The notes: generated by a model not told the origin, from the letters alone. DNA of 63,798 nt, filler included, from Folioceros fuciformis (GCA_049999805.1; 7 parts of 7 records of this genome joined end to end with filler, not necessarily neighbours in it), one strand, 5' to 3'; positions 51,861-63,798 are shown, numbered from the whole stretch's first letter. Translations and numbers: made by a program.

Positions 51861-52559
51861 TCAGGTGACAGCCGTGTTCAGTCACTACACGTTCTGTAAA
51901 TGTTTTGGGAGGTTTCACAGTCAACTTACGAAGGGTATCGTGTGTTAGCAGATGTGGTGCTGTTTGCAACACACATTTTGTGACGACGAGTATGGGGACC
52001 GTGCGCAGGGCATCAATCTTGGGGGAGAAAGGAGGATCCTTTGACTCTGAGGTCTGAGATATGTTTGAAACTACGACAATTTTGTCTTGAGGTTGATCAC
52101 TGCGGTCGTAGAAAGTTTAACACTCATTGTTGTCTCCGGATACAGGGTGGACGGACTGTTCAGCGGACGTGTTGAGGTTTTGTATATTAACTGATTTGCG
52201 GCTTTGAAACGTGCCAATCTCTTCATTGTAGCTTTGTATCTTCATTATTTTCTGGGAGCTTTGTGCATACATACGTAGCTTTAGGATGGGGAGTCGCACA
52301 TTGGGCGTTCCCTAGTCATTATTTATTTCTTGAATGCAGATCATTGGGGATTTGCTTTTCAGGTGATTCTCATTGTTTGTCAGTCCTGTCAAGTGGACTG
52401 AATAAAGGCCTCGACTTCTAATATCCTCCTCGGGACGTCTAATATCCTCGGGATGGTGCTTCTAGCATGGTTTTCCTGCCACCTTTCAGTTTCCACATAC
52501 CCTTCCTTCAGGACGTCGGATTCTAGGTAGCAGAATGTTTGAGCTTAACCCAACCGAAC

Positions 52560-53290
52560 AGTGTAATCGGTGTGCATCTCTAACGATCTCTCGCGGTGCC
52601 CGTTGCGCCGTTGGTCATTGCACAGGCTCAGCCGGCGTTCTCCCTTCCAAACATCTGCCGACCACCTTAGTTTTCTACGCCATCCCCGTAGAGGCTACCC
52701 TAGAGACCCTGGGCAAGTTGTGCATTCAGGCGTTGGTTCCACCAGTCTCTAGAGCTTTCCTCGTGCTGCATGCCTGAGCCAGTCCTTGCTGTGCCTCTCT
52801 ATTTACGCATATCCGGTAGTCAGACGGGATTCTCCAAGTCACCGCATCACTTATGGGTTATGCATCAAACACGCTTCGAGCATCTCTTCTACCTCCCTAC
52901 GGGGCGGGGGCATAGCAAAAGATATCCATAGCGGCGCAAAGATCGGGCACGTCTGCAAACACTTGGTCAGTCGGCTTCACAGTGGAATCTTGCGTCTCTC
53001 GATTCAGGTCTATGGCATTCTGGGGCTCTCTGTTCCGAAAATGGTCCAAATAAGTTGCGCATGGCATGCTCGCTGCATTAGGAACTCCTGACTTCCGTGG
53101 CTCCCTTTGAGACTTCCCTCACAGCGAAGTTTGCACACGGACTCATAGTCGCTGTTTACCAAACATACAGTAGTGTGAAGGCCCAGCATCACTTGGAGCT
53201 CCCACTGTCGGTGCGGGTCCAGAACGTACTCTCTGTCCAGCATCCCGCTCGGTCAGCCAGAGGGATCCAAGGAGAAGTGTTGCCACAAGA
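52560..53290 (-). pseudogene. Highly decayed PLS-class PPR gene fragment
   Basis: Minus-strand fragments EPQNAIDL..VKPTDQVFADVPDLCAA and ARSVFDA*PISDAVTW, with stops and frameshifts. Confidence 0.5.
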
Positions 53291-53390
53291 NNNNNNNNNN
53301 NNNNNNNNNNNNNNNNNNNNNNNNNNNNNNNNNNTTAATTAATTAANNNNNNNNNNNNNNNNNNNNNNNNNNNNNNNNNNNNNNNNNNNN
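53291..53390. other. Artificial contig spacer
   Basis: N44-TTAATTAATTAA-N44. Confidence 0.98.
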
Positions 53391-53645
53391 GGTTTGAACG
53401 CGTGCCCGGGTTTGAATGCTTGCCCGGGTTTGAATGCTTGCCCGGGTTTGAATGCTTGCCCGGGGTTGAATGCTTGCCCGGGTTTGAATGCTTGCCCAGG
53501 TTTGAATGCTTGCCGGGTTTAGAGTTTTGAATGCGTGCGCGGATTTGAGTTTGAATGCGTGCCAGGTTTTGAATGCGGGCGCGGACTTGAGTTTTGAATG
53601 CTTGCCATGTTTTGAATGCTTGGGAAGTTTTGAGAGCCGGTTTCA
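53391..53645. repeat. 18-bp minisatellite (GCCCGGGTTTGAATGCTT) at contig edge, decaying rightwards
   Basis: About 7 near-perfect units at 53391-53520, followed by variants with TTTGAG insertions. Confidence 0.92.
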
Positions 53646-54199
53646 CGAATTTCGCGAATGGAATGGCCTTCATAGGGGCCCTCCGGAAACTTCTGTAGAT
53701 GGTGAACATCCCTTACACATCCATGTGGTATCGCCTACTCTAGGCGAGGTGAGTTAGCCCGCGTGTCGCATCACATCTCAGAAGTGAGACATTGCCTCTA
53801 ACAGCAGTCACCCAGCGTTCAGCAGTCACATCAGTCATCAGTCATGCAAACAAGGGACATGGCAAGTTGTGCCTGACCACATATACTATCAGAGCGCTTA
53901 ACGGCGTTTACTGCTCGCCGTGCACGTAGCCCTCCGGCCGCACCGTCTCCTTCTTTCAGAGCCTTTAGGCCCCCTCCTTTGTGGATCGTGCATCGGTTTG
54001 CTTGTTTTGGCGCTCTCTACCTCATTCCACGTCTCCTCCGTGGATGCATGCTGGCTGTGATGTAATCACGTTGTTCTGTTCATAGGTGAGCTGGATGCTG
54101 CGTTTCCTGGCGCCGTTGCTTGAGGGAAAAAATGTGGCGTTTCAATGTGTCATCTTCGGATGTCATGGCCACATGCGATATGCTGCCATTTCTGTGGTG

Positions 54200-55960
54200 C
54201 AGGTACCAAGTACTATGCTATATGTGGGAGCTGATGGCGTTCCTACCAACGGCGGCCATTGTCTGGAACCCCTTGTTACAGCCATCCACCAAGATATCAA
54301 GCAGGCAATGTTGGCCCAAAATGTATTTGTGGGGAACATGCTGGTGGATGCTAATGCAAAGTGCGCGAGCCTGGAGACTGGTAGACTGGTGTTTCATGGC
54401 ATGCCTTACTGCAATGTAGTGGTATGAAATTCTCTGATCTTTGGGTAATCCCGGGCAGCCGGGAAGGGTGAATAAGCTCCAAAAAGATGCCGCAACATGG
54501 AGGTGTGGTAGCGGATGCGCGAACCCAGGTTGGTGCACTTTAAGCTTGCGATGCCACTCCGGAACAGGAGAGAAACGAAAGTGATGGAATTTGTCACACA
54601 TCACTGCCTGGAACCTATGACACTCATCCACCAACATGTCTCCAACAGGAATTTGGAGTCCGATGTTTCGCAATCGTGCTGGTGGGGTGGCCCTGTATGC
54701 TAAATGTGGAAGCCTGAAGGAGGTGAGGAAGTTCTTCGACAACATGCTTAACCCTGATGCGGTTTCCTGGAATGCCATGATCTTAGGATATGCACGGATG
54801 CAGGAGCCTCAACAGGCCTTCAACCTTTACGAGGTGATGAGGCAGGAACCCGTGGTCCCTGACGACCGCATTCATGTTGCTGTTCTCAAGGCTTGCTGCA
54901 CTCTTGCCCACAAGCAGCGGACAGCAAAATTACCTTGAAGCAGTGGCAAGCATCCAAAGGCCGGTTTCATTCCGACGCCTTCGTTGTAGCCAGGCTCGTA
55001 ATTCGTATTCAAAATACGGTGACATGGGGAAGGTCCGGCTAATGTTTGACAAGATCCCTCATCGTGGAGTGGTGTCTCGGACTGTCGTGATCTAAGGGTA
55101 CGCCCAGATGAAAAAGGGTGAAGAAGCTTTGCAACTGCACTCACAGCTGCGACAGGATGGCGTCCTGCCAAACGAGGGCACATAAATGCCTGCAGCAGCT
55201 TGGTTTGACTGGAGAAGGGTGGAGGAAGCAAATCCACGGTCAGATCCGCGAAGCCGGTGTGGATCTCTCCTCATCCCATGTGGTCACCGGTTGCACCGGC
55301 CTGATTCGACATTTACGCCAAGTACTCTAGCATGGTGGATGCCCGCCAGGTGTTCGACGCCATAGCCGCGAACGACATCTTTGCATGAAACACGTTGCTG
55401 TTAGGGTACAAGGAACAGGAAACAAGGACAGGTCGAGGTCGTGCTCATCTTCTTAGTGAGGATGAAGCAGGAGGGAATCTGTCGCTGCGACATCCACTTC
55501 CTCGGCGAGCTCATGGTCTGCAGTGACGTGGACCTCATGCATAGCGGCCAGAAGTTTGTGGAAGCCATGGCATAGATCACGGCGTTCCTCCCTCCATCCG
55601 GCACCTCATCTGCATGCCGCTTCCAACAAGCCATGGCCATGGTCCGGTGAAAATGCCCTTCCCGGCCGACGTGTTTCTGGGGAGAAGATTCCTGAGTGTC
55701 ATCTACAAGTGGCGACCCGTGGGGCTCGGAAGGCGGGCCTTGGGATGTGCTGTTCGGCTGGATGCATTAGACGCTGCACCGTACGTCTTCATGGCGACAT
55801 CTATCTTGCAGCCGGCATTCCGGCCATGGCGGCTAAATCTCAGGCATGGCTTGTGAAGACAAAGGCGTAGAAGGAGCAGGGGCGCCGCCGGCGGACAGAC
55901 GGGACCGGGCAGGTGCATGTTTTCCTGGTGGCGTATGCTACACATCTGGAGAGCTACACA
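54200..55960 (+). pseudogene. PLS-class PPR (E/E+) pseudogene
   Basis: NVFVGNMLVDANAKCASLETGRLVFHGMP..NVVV*NSLIFG*, LYAKCGSLKEVRKFFDNMLNPDAVSWNAMILGYA, YSKYGDMGKVRLMFDKIP and E-domain DAAPYVFM..IYLAAG; many frameshifts and premature stops. Confidence 0.85.
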
Positions 55961-56621
55961 TCCGAAGCGGCGATGTTGTTGTATGCTGAATTCCTACTTG
56001 GAAGTGTCGTCTGCTTGTTGAAGTGAGCCTCTCCTCTCTGTTCAAGCGCTCCATCACAAAGAAGTTTGGACCGAGAACGACAGCTCTAAGCATTTCGTGC
56101 TAGACAAGCAGCATTTCCTGCCTTGATTCATACAGAAGGAAGTAAACCAGAATCAGGCATTGGATGCAGCTTGAAGAATTAGGCGTGGGACGAATCGTTT
56201 TCCAAATTTTAAGACACCCTTTTTGCTGTTTTCCCACTCATTTAGGGTGAATTACTGTTTAGGTACTTGTACTCACTCTTCATTTACGAATCAGTATGTT
56301 AGCGAAACAACGTCTTTCGTTACCCTTTCCAGAGCATTCTATAAATTCTGAAGAAATGGTGTCTCTTCCACTTTCCTGAGCTGAGCTCGATTCCTGCCAA
56401 TCGACACTCCACATATGACCGGCCATAAGTTAATAATCACCGACACATCGTCATGTGGTAGTTAGGTACAGACTATGCAACTACGGACACCAGGCTCGAA
56501 CAACGCGAAACCGTAGACCGCGGAAGGGGTCTAGAAAAGAATAGGTTTAAGGCCTGCCAAGGCAACGATCAAAAATCACCTGGACGGAAACTTTAGGTAT
56601 CAATCCCACGTGACGCGCCTC

Positions 56622-58582
56622 TCAAGCGGCTGCAGCGACTTTCGCGAGCCTATCGAAGACCCTAAAGGTGCCAGTCATCAAGCTGACATCCTCATACTCC
56701 AGCCCATGCTTGGCGCAAAGAGCTTTGACGTATGGGGATGCCTTGGTTAGATTATGTCGGGGTAGCGAAGGGAATAAATGGTGCTCAATCTGTCTGTTGA
56801 GTCCTCCCGTGAACCAATCGTTGAACATACTGGCTTGAATATCTCGGGTCGATGCAATCTGCAAGCCCAGCCACGCTCCCAGTTGAGACCTGTCGGGCAG
56901 TTTGTCTAATCCACACTTGCAACCCGAAAGACCACTCTTCGAGACTGAGAACTACAGAACCCCACGGCTCGTGATGGAAGCACAAGCTTACCTGGGCAGA
57001 GACAAAATCTTTCGAGTCGTTGTAGACCTCCATTCCATTATGGCTAATCACGAACACTCCGCTCAGGAGTAGTCCACAGAAAAGCTGGGCCGTGAGAAAC
57101 CATGTCACCGCCATACCCGGAGGCAGCAACCAGAGAGCCAGTCCACCGAAGCAGAGATAATGAAGGCAGATAGTAGTTTTCTCCATAGCTTTCTGCCGTA
57201 AGGAGAGGTTGGCGATGTTGGTGTGGGCCCAACTCGACTGCAACCAGCTGAATCGGGCAAAGAAAAGGAGCGGCACAAACAACAGATGCTGCCGCCTGAT
57301 GACGCTTCGAAACAGGCGGCTATCCACTGTATCCAAAATGTCTTTGCTCCATGCCACCAGCGGGAGGGTATCAATGTCTGGATCTACAGGCTGGTAGCGA
57401 TGATCACATTGATTGGGAGCTGCATGGTGCACATTGTGCTTGGTTTTCCACCATCCAACACTGAAACCTTGAAAAAAATTTCCCCAGCAAAATCCACCAA
57501 TAACTGTATTCCACAAGCGACCTTCAAAAACCTGCCACATCCCAGTTCCCAGCGAATTGGATCAGAAATTCACCCTGGTTTCAGCTCGGCAGTCAGCAAA
57601 TGCCATGCATGTCCACCAGACTCCAGATTGGATCTAATTCATGAGCCCAAAAGAAAAAAAAAGGAAAGAATCTCACTTGGTGGTGTAAAAAGTCATGAGC
57701 CATCCATCCGCATTGCTGCCAGAAGAGCGCAAGGAGAAAAGCCGAAACGAGGACAGCAGGGAGGGAAGACCAGAGACCGATGATTGCAACGCTAGCACCA
57801 AGAATAGCCAAAGTGGATAGCATCTTCCACGTGTACCATAACTTGCTGCTTTTGAAGAACTGGTTTCTTAAGAAATGTGCTCGAAGCTCTCGAAAATCCT
57901 TGAGAAGTTCGGAGAGTGGTTCGTTGCCCTGCAGGGCCATAGAGGACGGACCAACCATAAAAATGCAATCCCCTGGTCCACATTTGAGTCAGGAAGGGGA
58001 AAGGCCGACAGAAACGAGGCAGTGAGGAACTAGACACTTCAAAGTTCAGAAGAACAATGAAATCCAGCAAACGTACAACAAGTTCTCCGAGATAAAAGTT
58101 CTGCAGAAGCTTCCATGTATTGGGAGCGTGAAAAGAACTGAATGTGTCTGTTGCATCACGCCCAGCTTGTGTGAAAATCACGGGACCGCCAGGATGCAAA
58201 GGCAAAAATTCCGTCACGTCGTACACCTGCCATGCACAATTCGAGGATCAATGCTGCAGGTCCAATTTCAGCCTTTCAAGGCTACATCTAACAGCCAGAA
58301 AGATGGCCAAAGGAACTGCGGCCAGATCAGGCAGAGCACAGGCACACAAAAAAAAAAGAGTTGACCTTATCCTTCACCACAATCCAGCAGTCGTCGGTCT
58401 TGTTGTGACGGGCAACTTCCTCTGTAGTGAAGGAGCCTGGTGCGGGGAAGCTTTTCTTGCCAATTTTTTTCAACAAGTCTGCTTGGCTTGAAGGCTTCAA
58501 TTTCTCAGATCGGAGCGGCAGGTCGTTGAGCTGCAACACTGGATTGGTAGACACACTCCAGTGTCGCCACGCGTCCTGGAGC
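56622..58582 (-). CDS. Front-end (delta-6-like) fatty acid desaturase with N-terminal cytochrome b5, multi-exon, 5'-truncated
   Basis: [28 protein letters not shown], His boxes HDFLH, HNVHH and [17 protein letters not shown]. Confidence 0.93.
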
Positions 58583-58682
58583 NNNNNNNNNNNNNNNNNN
58601 NNNNNNNNNNNNNNNNNNNNNNNNNNTTAATTAATTAANNNNNNNNNNNNNNNNNNNNNNNNNNNNNNNNNNNNNNNNNNNN
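58583..58682. other. Artificial contig spacer
   Basis: N44-TTAATTAATTAA-N44. Confidence 0.98.
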
Positions 58683-59176
58683 CTGGCGCATCTTGATCAT
58701 GGCGGACTGCAACGCCTCTCACCTTGGCTTACGGCCTCGTGAAACAGGACCACACGAGGCACAGCGAGGGTAACGTCTACACGCCACTGAGCCAGACGCC
58801 AGAACAGAGATCTCCCATCGAGTTCGGAAAGAACGAGAAAATCTCAACGTTGACAAGACATTACCGAACATGGAACATTTTGCAGAAGGGTAAAGTGGTT
58901 GGACGTATCGTCGGACAGTTCGTTCGTTTCGGCTAGGTTACACAAATGCACCGCGGCTAGTCAGTATGTACCTGGTTCCAGGTGCAAACAGATCTACTTC
59001 GAAAGCAAGAGGTGCATCCACGTCCCAAGCTTTAAATCCCGGTGCGACCGGGACAAATCAAAGCCTCCGTACCACAAGCTTCGCTGTCCCCATGAGAGTC
59101 AATTAAGCCACTAAGCAGACAACCATCTTGCTCAAAGCGCCAGAGGAGTTACAGCACTGTACGCGGTGATAATGCC

Positions 59177-62100
59177 CTATCTCTTCCTCCGCTTGTGCTT
59201 CTTCTTGACTAAGCGATTTGATTTCCCTGCCGGAGTCCCTTTCCTGCCTACTTTCCGTTTCACACCCAAGATGCCCGTAGCACCGCCGGCACCTCCAATT
59301 TCTCCTCGCCGTTTCTTCGCCTGAAAACAAGGAGCAGTTCGTCACATGTCCATGCTAGCTGAGTCTTGAACACCAAACACGCGTCATGTATTCAGACCTC
59401 GTACTGCACTTACATGATCCACTTCAAATGTTTGCAAAGGGTCCATCTTCCTCCGCTTCCTTTTCCTGACGGTGTAGCGCTGTTTGGCTTGACCGATAGC
59501 TTCATCAGCCAGCTTCAGAGATCTGCTAGCAGCCTCGACCGCTGGGTCTTGCAGATACTCCGGCACAGTCGAAAGATGCTGAGCGGGTGCTTTCTTACTC
59601 AGCACCTTGTCGTGCTGTAACAGTTCTGCAAGACCCTTGCAAGTAATCTTATTAGTCCATGCTTTCCCAGTCCAACACAAGCTTAGCTTCCTACCGAGAC
59701 TCACCCAGATCCTTAGGATTGTCCTCAAAATGAGCCTTCAACCTGCACATAACACAACATCCATTCTACAGCACTGGTTGATTTGAGAAGGAACGGCAGC
59801 AGTGTAGAACGTTTCGCAACCTACCTCTCTGAATTCAGGATCTCGATGCGTAATTCCTTCACTCGTGCTTCTTTCACAGCAAACGTAGTGATCTTCCGAG
59901 CAACATCCTGGAAATGCAAGAGCTACATCAGAATGATATATGCAACTCCGTGAGGAAGGCCAATAATGTCACTAGCCACAACAAAAACGGTTATGATTTT
60001 CACCTCAGCCCTATATCTCAAAGATTCAACGGCAGCGTTTGTCAGCAGGGGATACTCCAAGATATGCTTCCCTTCATTGTCGACCTCCTCCACACCATCC
60101 AATGCTGATTGGATCTCATTCCACAACTCTTCATCTTTGGGTCCAACCTACCAAATTCATCGTATTCTGTGAGGAAGTTCTGCATGACGAGCATGGAGAG
60201 CAGCACTGAAGTTCCAATGCGGGCACTCACCAGCGTGATAGCAACACCACTTTGTCCTGCTCTCCCTGTCCGACCTACGCGATGAATATACCCTGCTGTA
60301 TCAGCTGGCAAATCGTAGTTGATTACCTACACAATCATGCAGATGGCACGCATAAGTGGAACTTCAGAGCAATAAAACTGGACGAACTGACACGCTACAA
60401 TTCCATAATATGTCCGTGTCAACAATAAACTGCATGGCTAAAACTCCAGCCATGCGCCTGACATGCTACGTTCCACTTTGGCATCTCTGAACGTGACCTC
60501 TGGAGAAGTGCTCATCACCCGAGGAGTATCTGTCAGATGCGCTGCAGCTCGATTGCAATTGCTTAATAGAGCTCCAGTCAGCAAGTTCCTGGAGGTTCTT
60601 ACCGTGCGGACATTCCTGAAGTCAATTCCACGCACAACTCCAAACTCTGCATCTGCTGCAACCCTTTTCCGCCCCTTACTAGGCCCATCAGAGGAGGGTA
60701 CATGATCTTCCTCGGCCTTCTCATCTTGCTTGTCTTGCACCGAAGTACAAGTCCCATCATCTGTTGCAATCAGGTAGTCGAACACCCCTGCATTGAACTC
60801 CTGCAGGCGAAGGAACCCTGTGAGATCAGTGCACCGATACAAGGACCAATTAGGTGTGATTGAAAGACAATTTCCTTGCCTGAAATATCACTCATTGAGA
60901 ATCCACACCTGCAAAATGTGGAACCGTGAGTTCTGAGGCAGCTCAGCATTAAGAACTGCTGTTCTTATTCCAAACTACACAAGGAGCACACAAATTGATC
61001 AATTTTCTGCGAAGACGAACATGCACCCATGCATAAATTCAAAGTTTCACTCCACGTTCCGAAAAGCTACCTGTTCAAGCACAAGCTTCAGTCGGAAGCC
61101 TGTATTAATAGCGGTCACAAAGAAAAGAGCCTTCTTGTGGACCAGCTCAAACTGCAGGAGTGCTAGAAGGTGTAGAACCTTGTCATTCTCCTTGCACTTG
61201 ATCTAAGATGAGCAGCAAGCAAGAAAATGGAGTTATCATTGACGCGTTACACTTCAGGACATAGCATCTAGCGTTTGACAACCTACATCCCATACCTGAA
61301 ACTGCTGAACTGTTTTTGGAACCAAAGGTCCATCCATAGATCCTGGGGCTTCCATCAGGGTGAGTGTGACAGGATTGTGAAGTACAAGTTTCTTCAACTT
61401 GTCTACCTCAGCACTGTCAATACAAAGACGTCTTGTCAGTACACTGCACCCTCACGCTCATACACCGGCACAAGCAACACTCCGAGGGCCACACCTTGAA
61501 GTAGCAGACATGAGGAGGCATTGACACTGACGAGGTATGTGGGGTACGAGCCTCCTTAAATCATCCTCATATCCAAATGAAAGCAAGCGATCTGCCTGCC
61601 AGAGGCGAAACACGACAGTTTTCGACACACTTTCCACAAAATCCGAATCTTTAAATGAAGTTCTTTCCACACCACTATCACTTGCCTCATCCAACACTAG
61701 CGTGCGCAATGATTTCGCTAAAACGCTGGGCAACAGTAGTTTCGCTTCCAAGCAGGCAGCAATCCGCCCTGGAGTCGCAATAACAATGTCCGGTGGTCCA
61801 CTCAAAGCTGCTCTCTGCATACATGTCGCATCAGGACCCAGATGCGCTAACGAGACCTAGGATCCACACAAGAAGCAATGCTAAAGAGGCACACCAGCGC
61901 AGCGGTGGACATCGTGCTTGTAAGCTGGACGGCTTTGATAGGTCCACCACAGTACTCCAACAATGACGCTAAAACGCCACAAACCTGTCGGTTCCCATTC
62001 ACAGACTCAGGAGTCAATCATCCCACTCGGGGCCAACCGAATACAGTAACGAAGAGCCTAGCAACGACTCCACCTACCTGTGGACAAAGGTCGTAAGTCG

Positions 62101-62500
62101 GCACAAGGATAAATGCCACTGGTCCTTCATGAAACCCCATGCCCGCTTCTCCAAGGATCTTCTGGACAAGGGGTAGCAGATAAGCCAGAGTCTTCCCTGA
62201 ACCCGTCACTGCCCGTGCAACCACATCCTTGCCCTCCTGTAAGTCAAGACGCTGAGCTGTTAATATTGTACCTCGTGTGAGTGTCGCACAAATGCACACG
62301 GTGCAAGTAACAAATCTCACCAGTACAAGAGGAATCGCTCTGAGCTGAATTGGCGTAGGAGTTCCCAATCCCTGCTTTGCCAAAGCTCGAAGGAGGCGAG
62401 GATCTAACCCCATGTCCTCAAACCCTGACTCCTCATCCTCCTCGTCATCCTCAACATCTCGCGTCCTCTCCCGCAACTCCATGACAGACGTTCCCGGCAT
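59177..62500 (-). CDS. RH16: DEAD-box RNA helicase RH16/DBP9/DDX56, multi-exon; start at 62500 or 62482
   Basis: [70 protein letters not shown] and a basic C-terminal tail ending KKKHKRRKR*. Confidence 0.94.
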
Positions 62501-62721
62501 CCCGAATCCAAGTGTCAGTCGTACTCCTCGACGGAACCATGTGCTCTACAGCCAGTATGGACGTAGTCTCGTCCTTAAACCTAGAACCATGATTCTTTAA
62601 AGATCGTTTGTTCTGCCATGTATAGCTTGCCCCGTTGATTCAAATCTATGCCGTCCATAGATACACGTACATACAGTATGTACTGTACTGGTACTGTACA
62701 TACTTTTGAGATTTCTTGTCC

Positions 62722-62741
62722 AAACCCTAGGCGTAGGGTTT
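62722..62741. promoter_or_regulatory. Inverted pair of telo-boxes in divergent promoter
   Basis: AAACCCTA-GGCG-TAGGGTTT between the RH16 and PORR start codons. Confidence 0.65.
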
Positions 62742-62799
62742 AGGAGTTTTCTGCGTGAATCTGTCCATAGCTTACTTGTCGGTGCTCTGTATCGAGGCG

Positions 62800-63798
62800 A
62801 TGGAGCTGCGGGAATGTGTGCGATTCACAGCGTCTACCCGGCAGGATGGTATCTTGTGCGCCTGTAGCTCTTCAATCAAGAATCTGGCATGCAGGATTGC
62901 ATACAGGAATGACTTCTTCGGATGCAGCGTGGAGCCGCTGAGAGGACGAAGAGGCGGGAACAGGGTGAGGCATGAGGCGGGGATGTTGTCCGTGCCGCGG
63001 GCGAGAATCCAGTGGGGAGTGGATCGGAACTTGGATTCCGTGATAGAAAACGAGAAGAAAGTGAAGACAGCGATGCGAATCAGGACGCTGCTAATGCGGC
63101 AGCCGGAAGGAGTGATGTCGTTGCAGCAGCTCGGGGAGCAGCGGAGGTACCTCGGTCTGGAGCGGAAAAAGCGGTGCATTGATCTGCTGAAGAAGTATCC
63201 CGCGGTGTTTGAGCTTTTCCACCACGGCGGCCCGCTGCTGGTGCGGCTGACGCCGGAGGCGGAGCGGCATCTGCGGCTCGAGATGAAGGTCCGGGCCGAC
63301 CTGGAGGCGTCGTTGGTGGAGAAGCTCCGCCGCCTGCTCATGATGTCGTTCGACAGGCGAATCTTGGTGGACAAGCTTTCGCAGCTCAAGCCCGACCTTG
63401 GCCTTCCGGATGACTTCCGGGACGGGCTCCTGCACCAGCACCCGGAGTTGTTCAAGTGCGTCAAGACGGACGCGGGGACGGCCCTGGAGCTGGTGCTGTG
63501 GGATCCGGCTTTGGCTGTTTCTTCCATGGAACGGAAGCAACAGGAGCAGCAGCAAGGAAGAAAAAAGTTGGATTTCCCGCAGGGCTATCGGGTGAAGGGG
63601 CTGGACAAGAGGAAGATCGCGCGCTTCCAGGATATGCCGTACTTCTCCCCCTACGCGGACAGCACCGGACTGGACCCGAATTCGTTCGAGGCGGAGAAGC
63701 ATGCCGTAGGTGTGGTGCACGAGTTCTTGAGCCTAACTCTCGAGAAGCGCACCCGAATCGACTTCCTCACGCACTTCCGGAACGAGTACAAGTTCTCC
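62800..63798 (+). CDS. PORR-domain organellar RNA-binding protein (WTF1/RPD1-like), intronless, runs off window end
   Basis: Open frame from ATG 62800: DRNLDSVIENEKK, LKKYPAVFELF, VEKLRRLLMMSFDRRI..LGLPDDF..HPELF, LELVLWDP, FQDMPYFSPY and EKHAVGVVHEFLSLTLEKR; missing from the ORF track because it has no stop in the window. Confidence 0.93.
   Translation, partial: MELRECVRFTASTRQDGILCACSSSIKNLACRIAYRNDFFGCSVEPLRGRRGGNRVRHEAGMLSVPRARIQWGVDRNLDSVIENEKKVKTAMRIRTLLMRQPEGVMSLQQLGEQRRYLGLERKKRCIDLLKKYPAVFELFHHGGPLLVRLTPEAERHLRLEMKVRADLEASLVEKLRRLLMMSFDRRILVDKLSQLKPDLGLPDDFRDGLLHQHPELFKCVKTDAGTALELVLWDPALAVSSMERKQQEQQQGRKKLDFPQGYRVKGLDKRKIARFQDMPYFSPYADSTGLDPNSFEAEKHAVGVVHEFLSLTLEKRTRIDFLTHFRNEYKFS

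Noticed and set aside
53335-53709. ORF with (NPGKHS)n repeats
   Set aside because: Translation of the 18-bp minisatellite running into the spacer; no evidence of coding.
18572-58682. Six recurring TTAATTAATTAA motifs flanked by N runs
   Set aside because: Identical 100-nt artificial contig linkers with six-frame stops; not biological, and gene neighbourhoods across them carry no meaning.
58683-58742. Short open frame at contig start (LAHLDHGGLQRLSPWLTAS*)
   Set aside because: Too short to identify; it may be a gene end but cannot be supported.
62772-63720. Long minus-strand ORFs (251 aa and 209 aa)
   Set aside because: Antisense shadows of the GC-rich PORR gene on the plus strand.

Overview
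Gene-dense nuclear DNA from a seed-free land plant. Short ~80-130 nt spliceosomal introns, a cytochrome-b5 front-end desaturase and PLS-class PPR remnants suggest a bryophyte or lycophyte, possibly a hornwort (inference). The window is seven contigs joined by six artificial 100-nt spacers (N44-TTAATTAATTAA-N44), so adjacency across spacers is not biological. About 20 genes are recognisable: stromal processing peptidase, trihelix TF, homocysteine S-methyltransferase, CCR4-like nuclease, EF1B-gamma, CHFR-like E3 ligase, AIMP1/Arc1p-like protein, a 69-aa SMIM4-like microprotein, GPAA1, epoxide hydrolase, FAD monooxygenase, membrane-tethered bZIP, ELF4-like, VIT/CCC1, proteasome beta-3, ATG2, delta-6-like desaturase, DBP9/RH16 helicase and a PORR protein. 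There are also two decayed PPR pseudogenes and several tandem repeats. The most unusual object is a spliced gene at 22512-25529 joining a RimM-type PRC barrel, a WW-like domain and four helical P..GRxDL..GG repeats behind a likely transit peptide. No CRISPR array, rRNA, convincing tRNA or intact transposon was seen. Exon boundaries were read by eye and are approximate unless stated.
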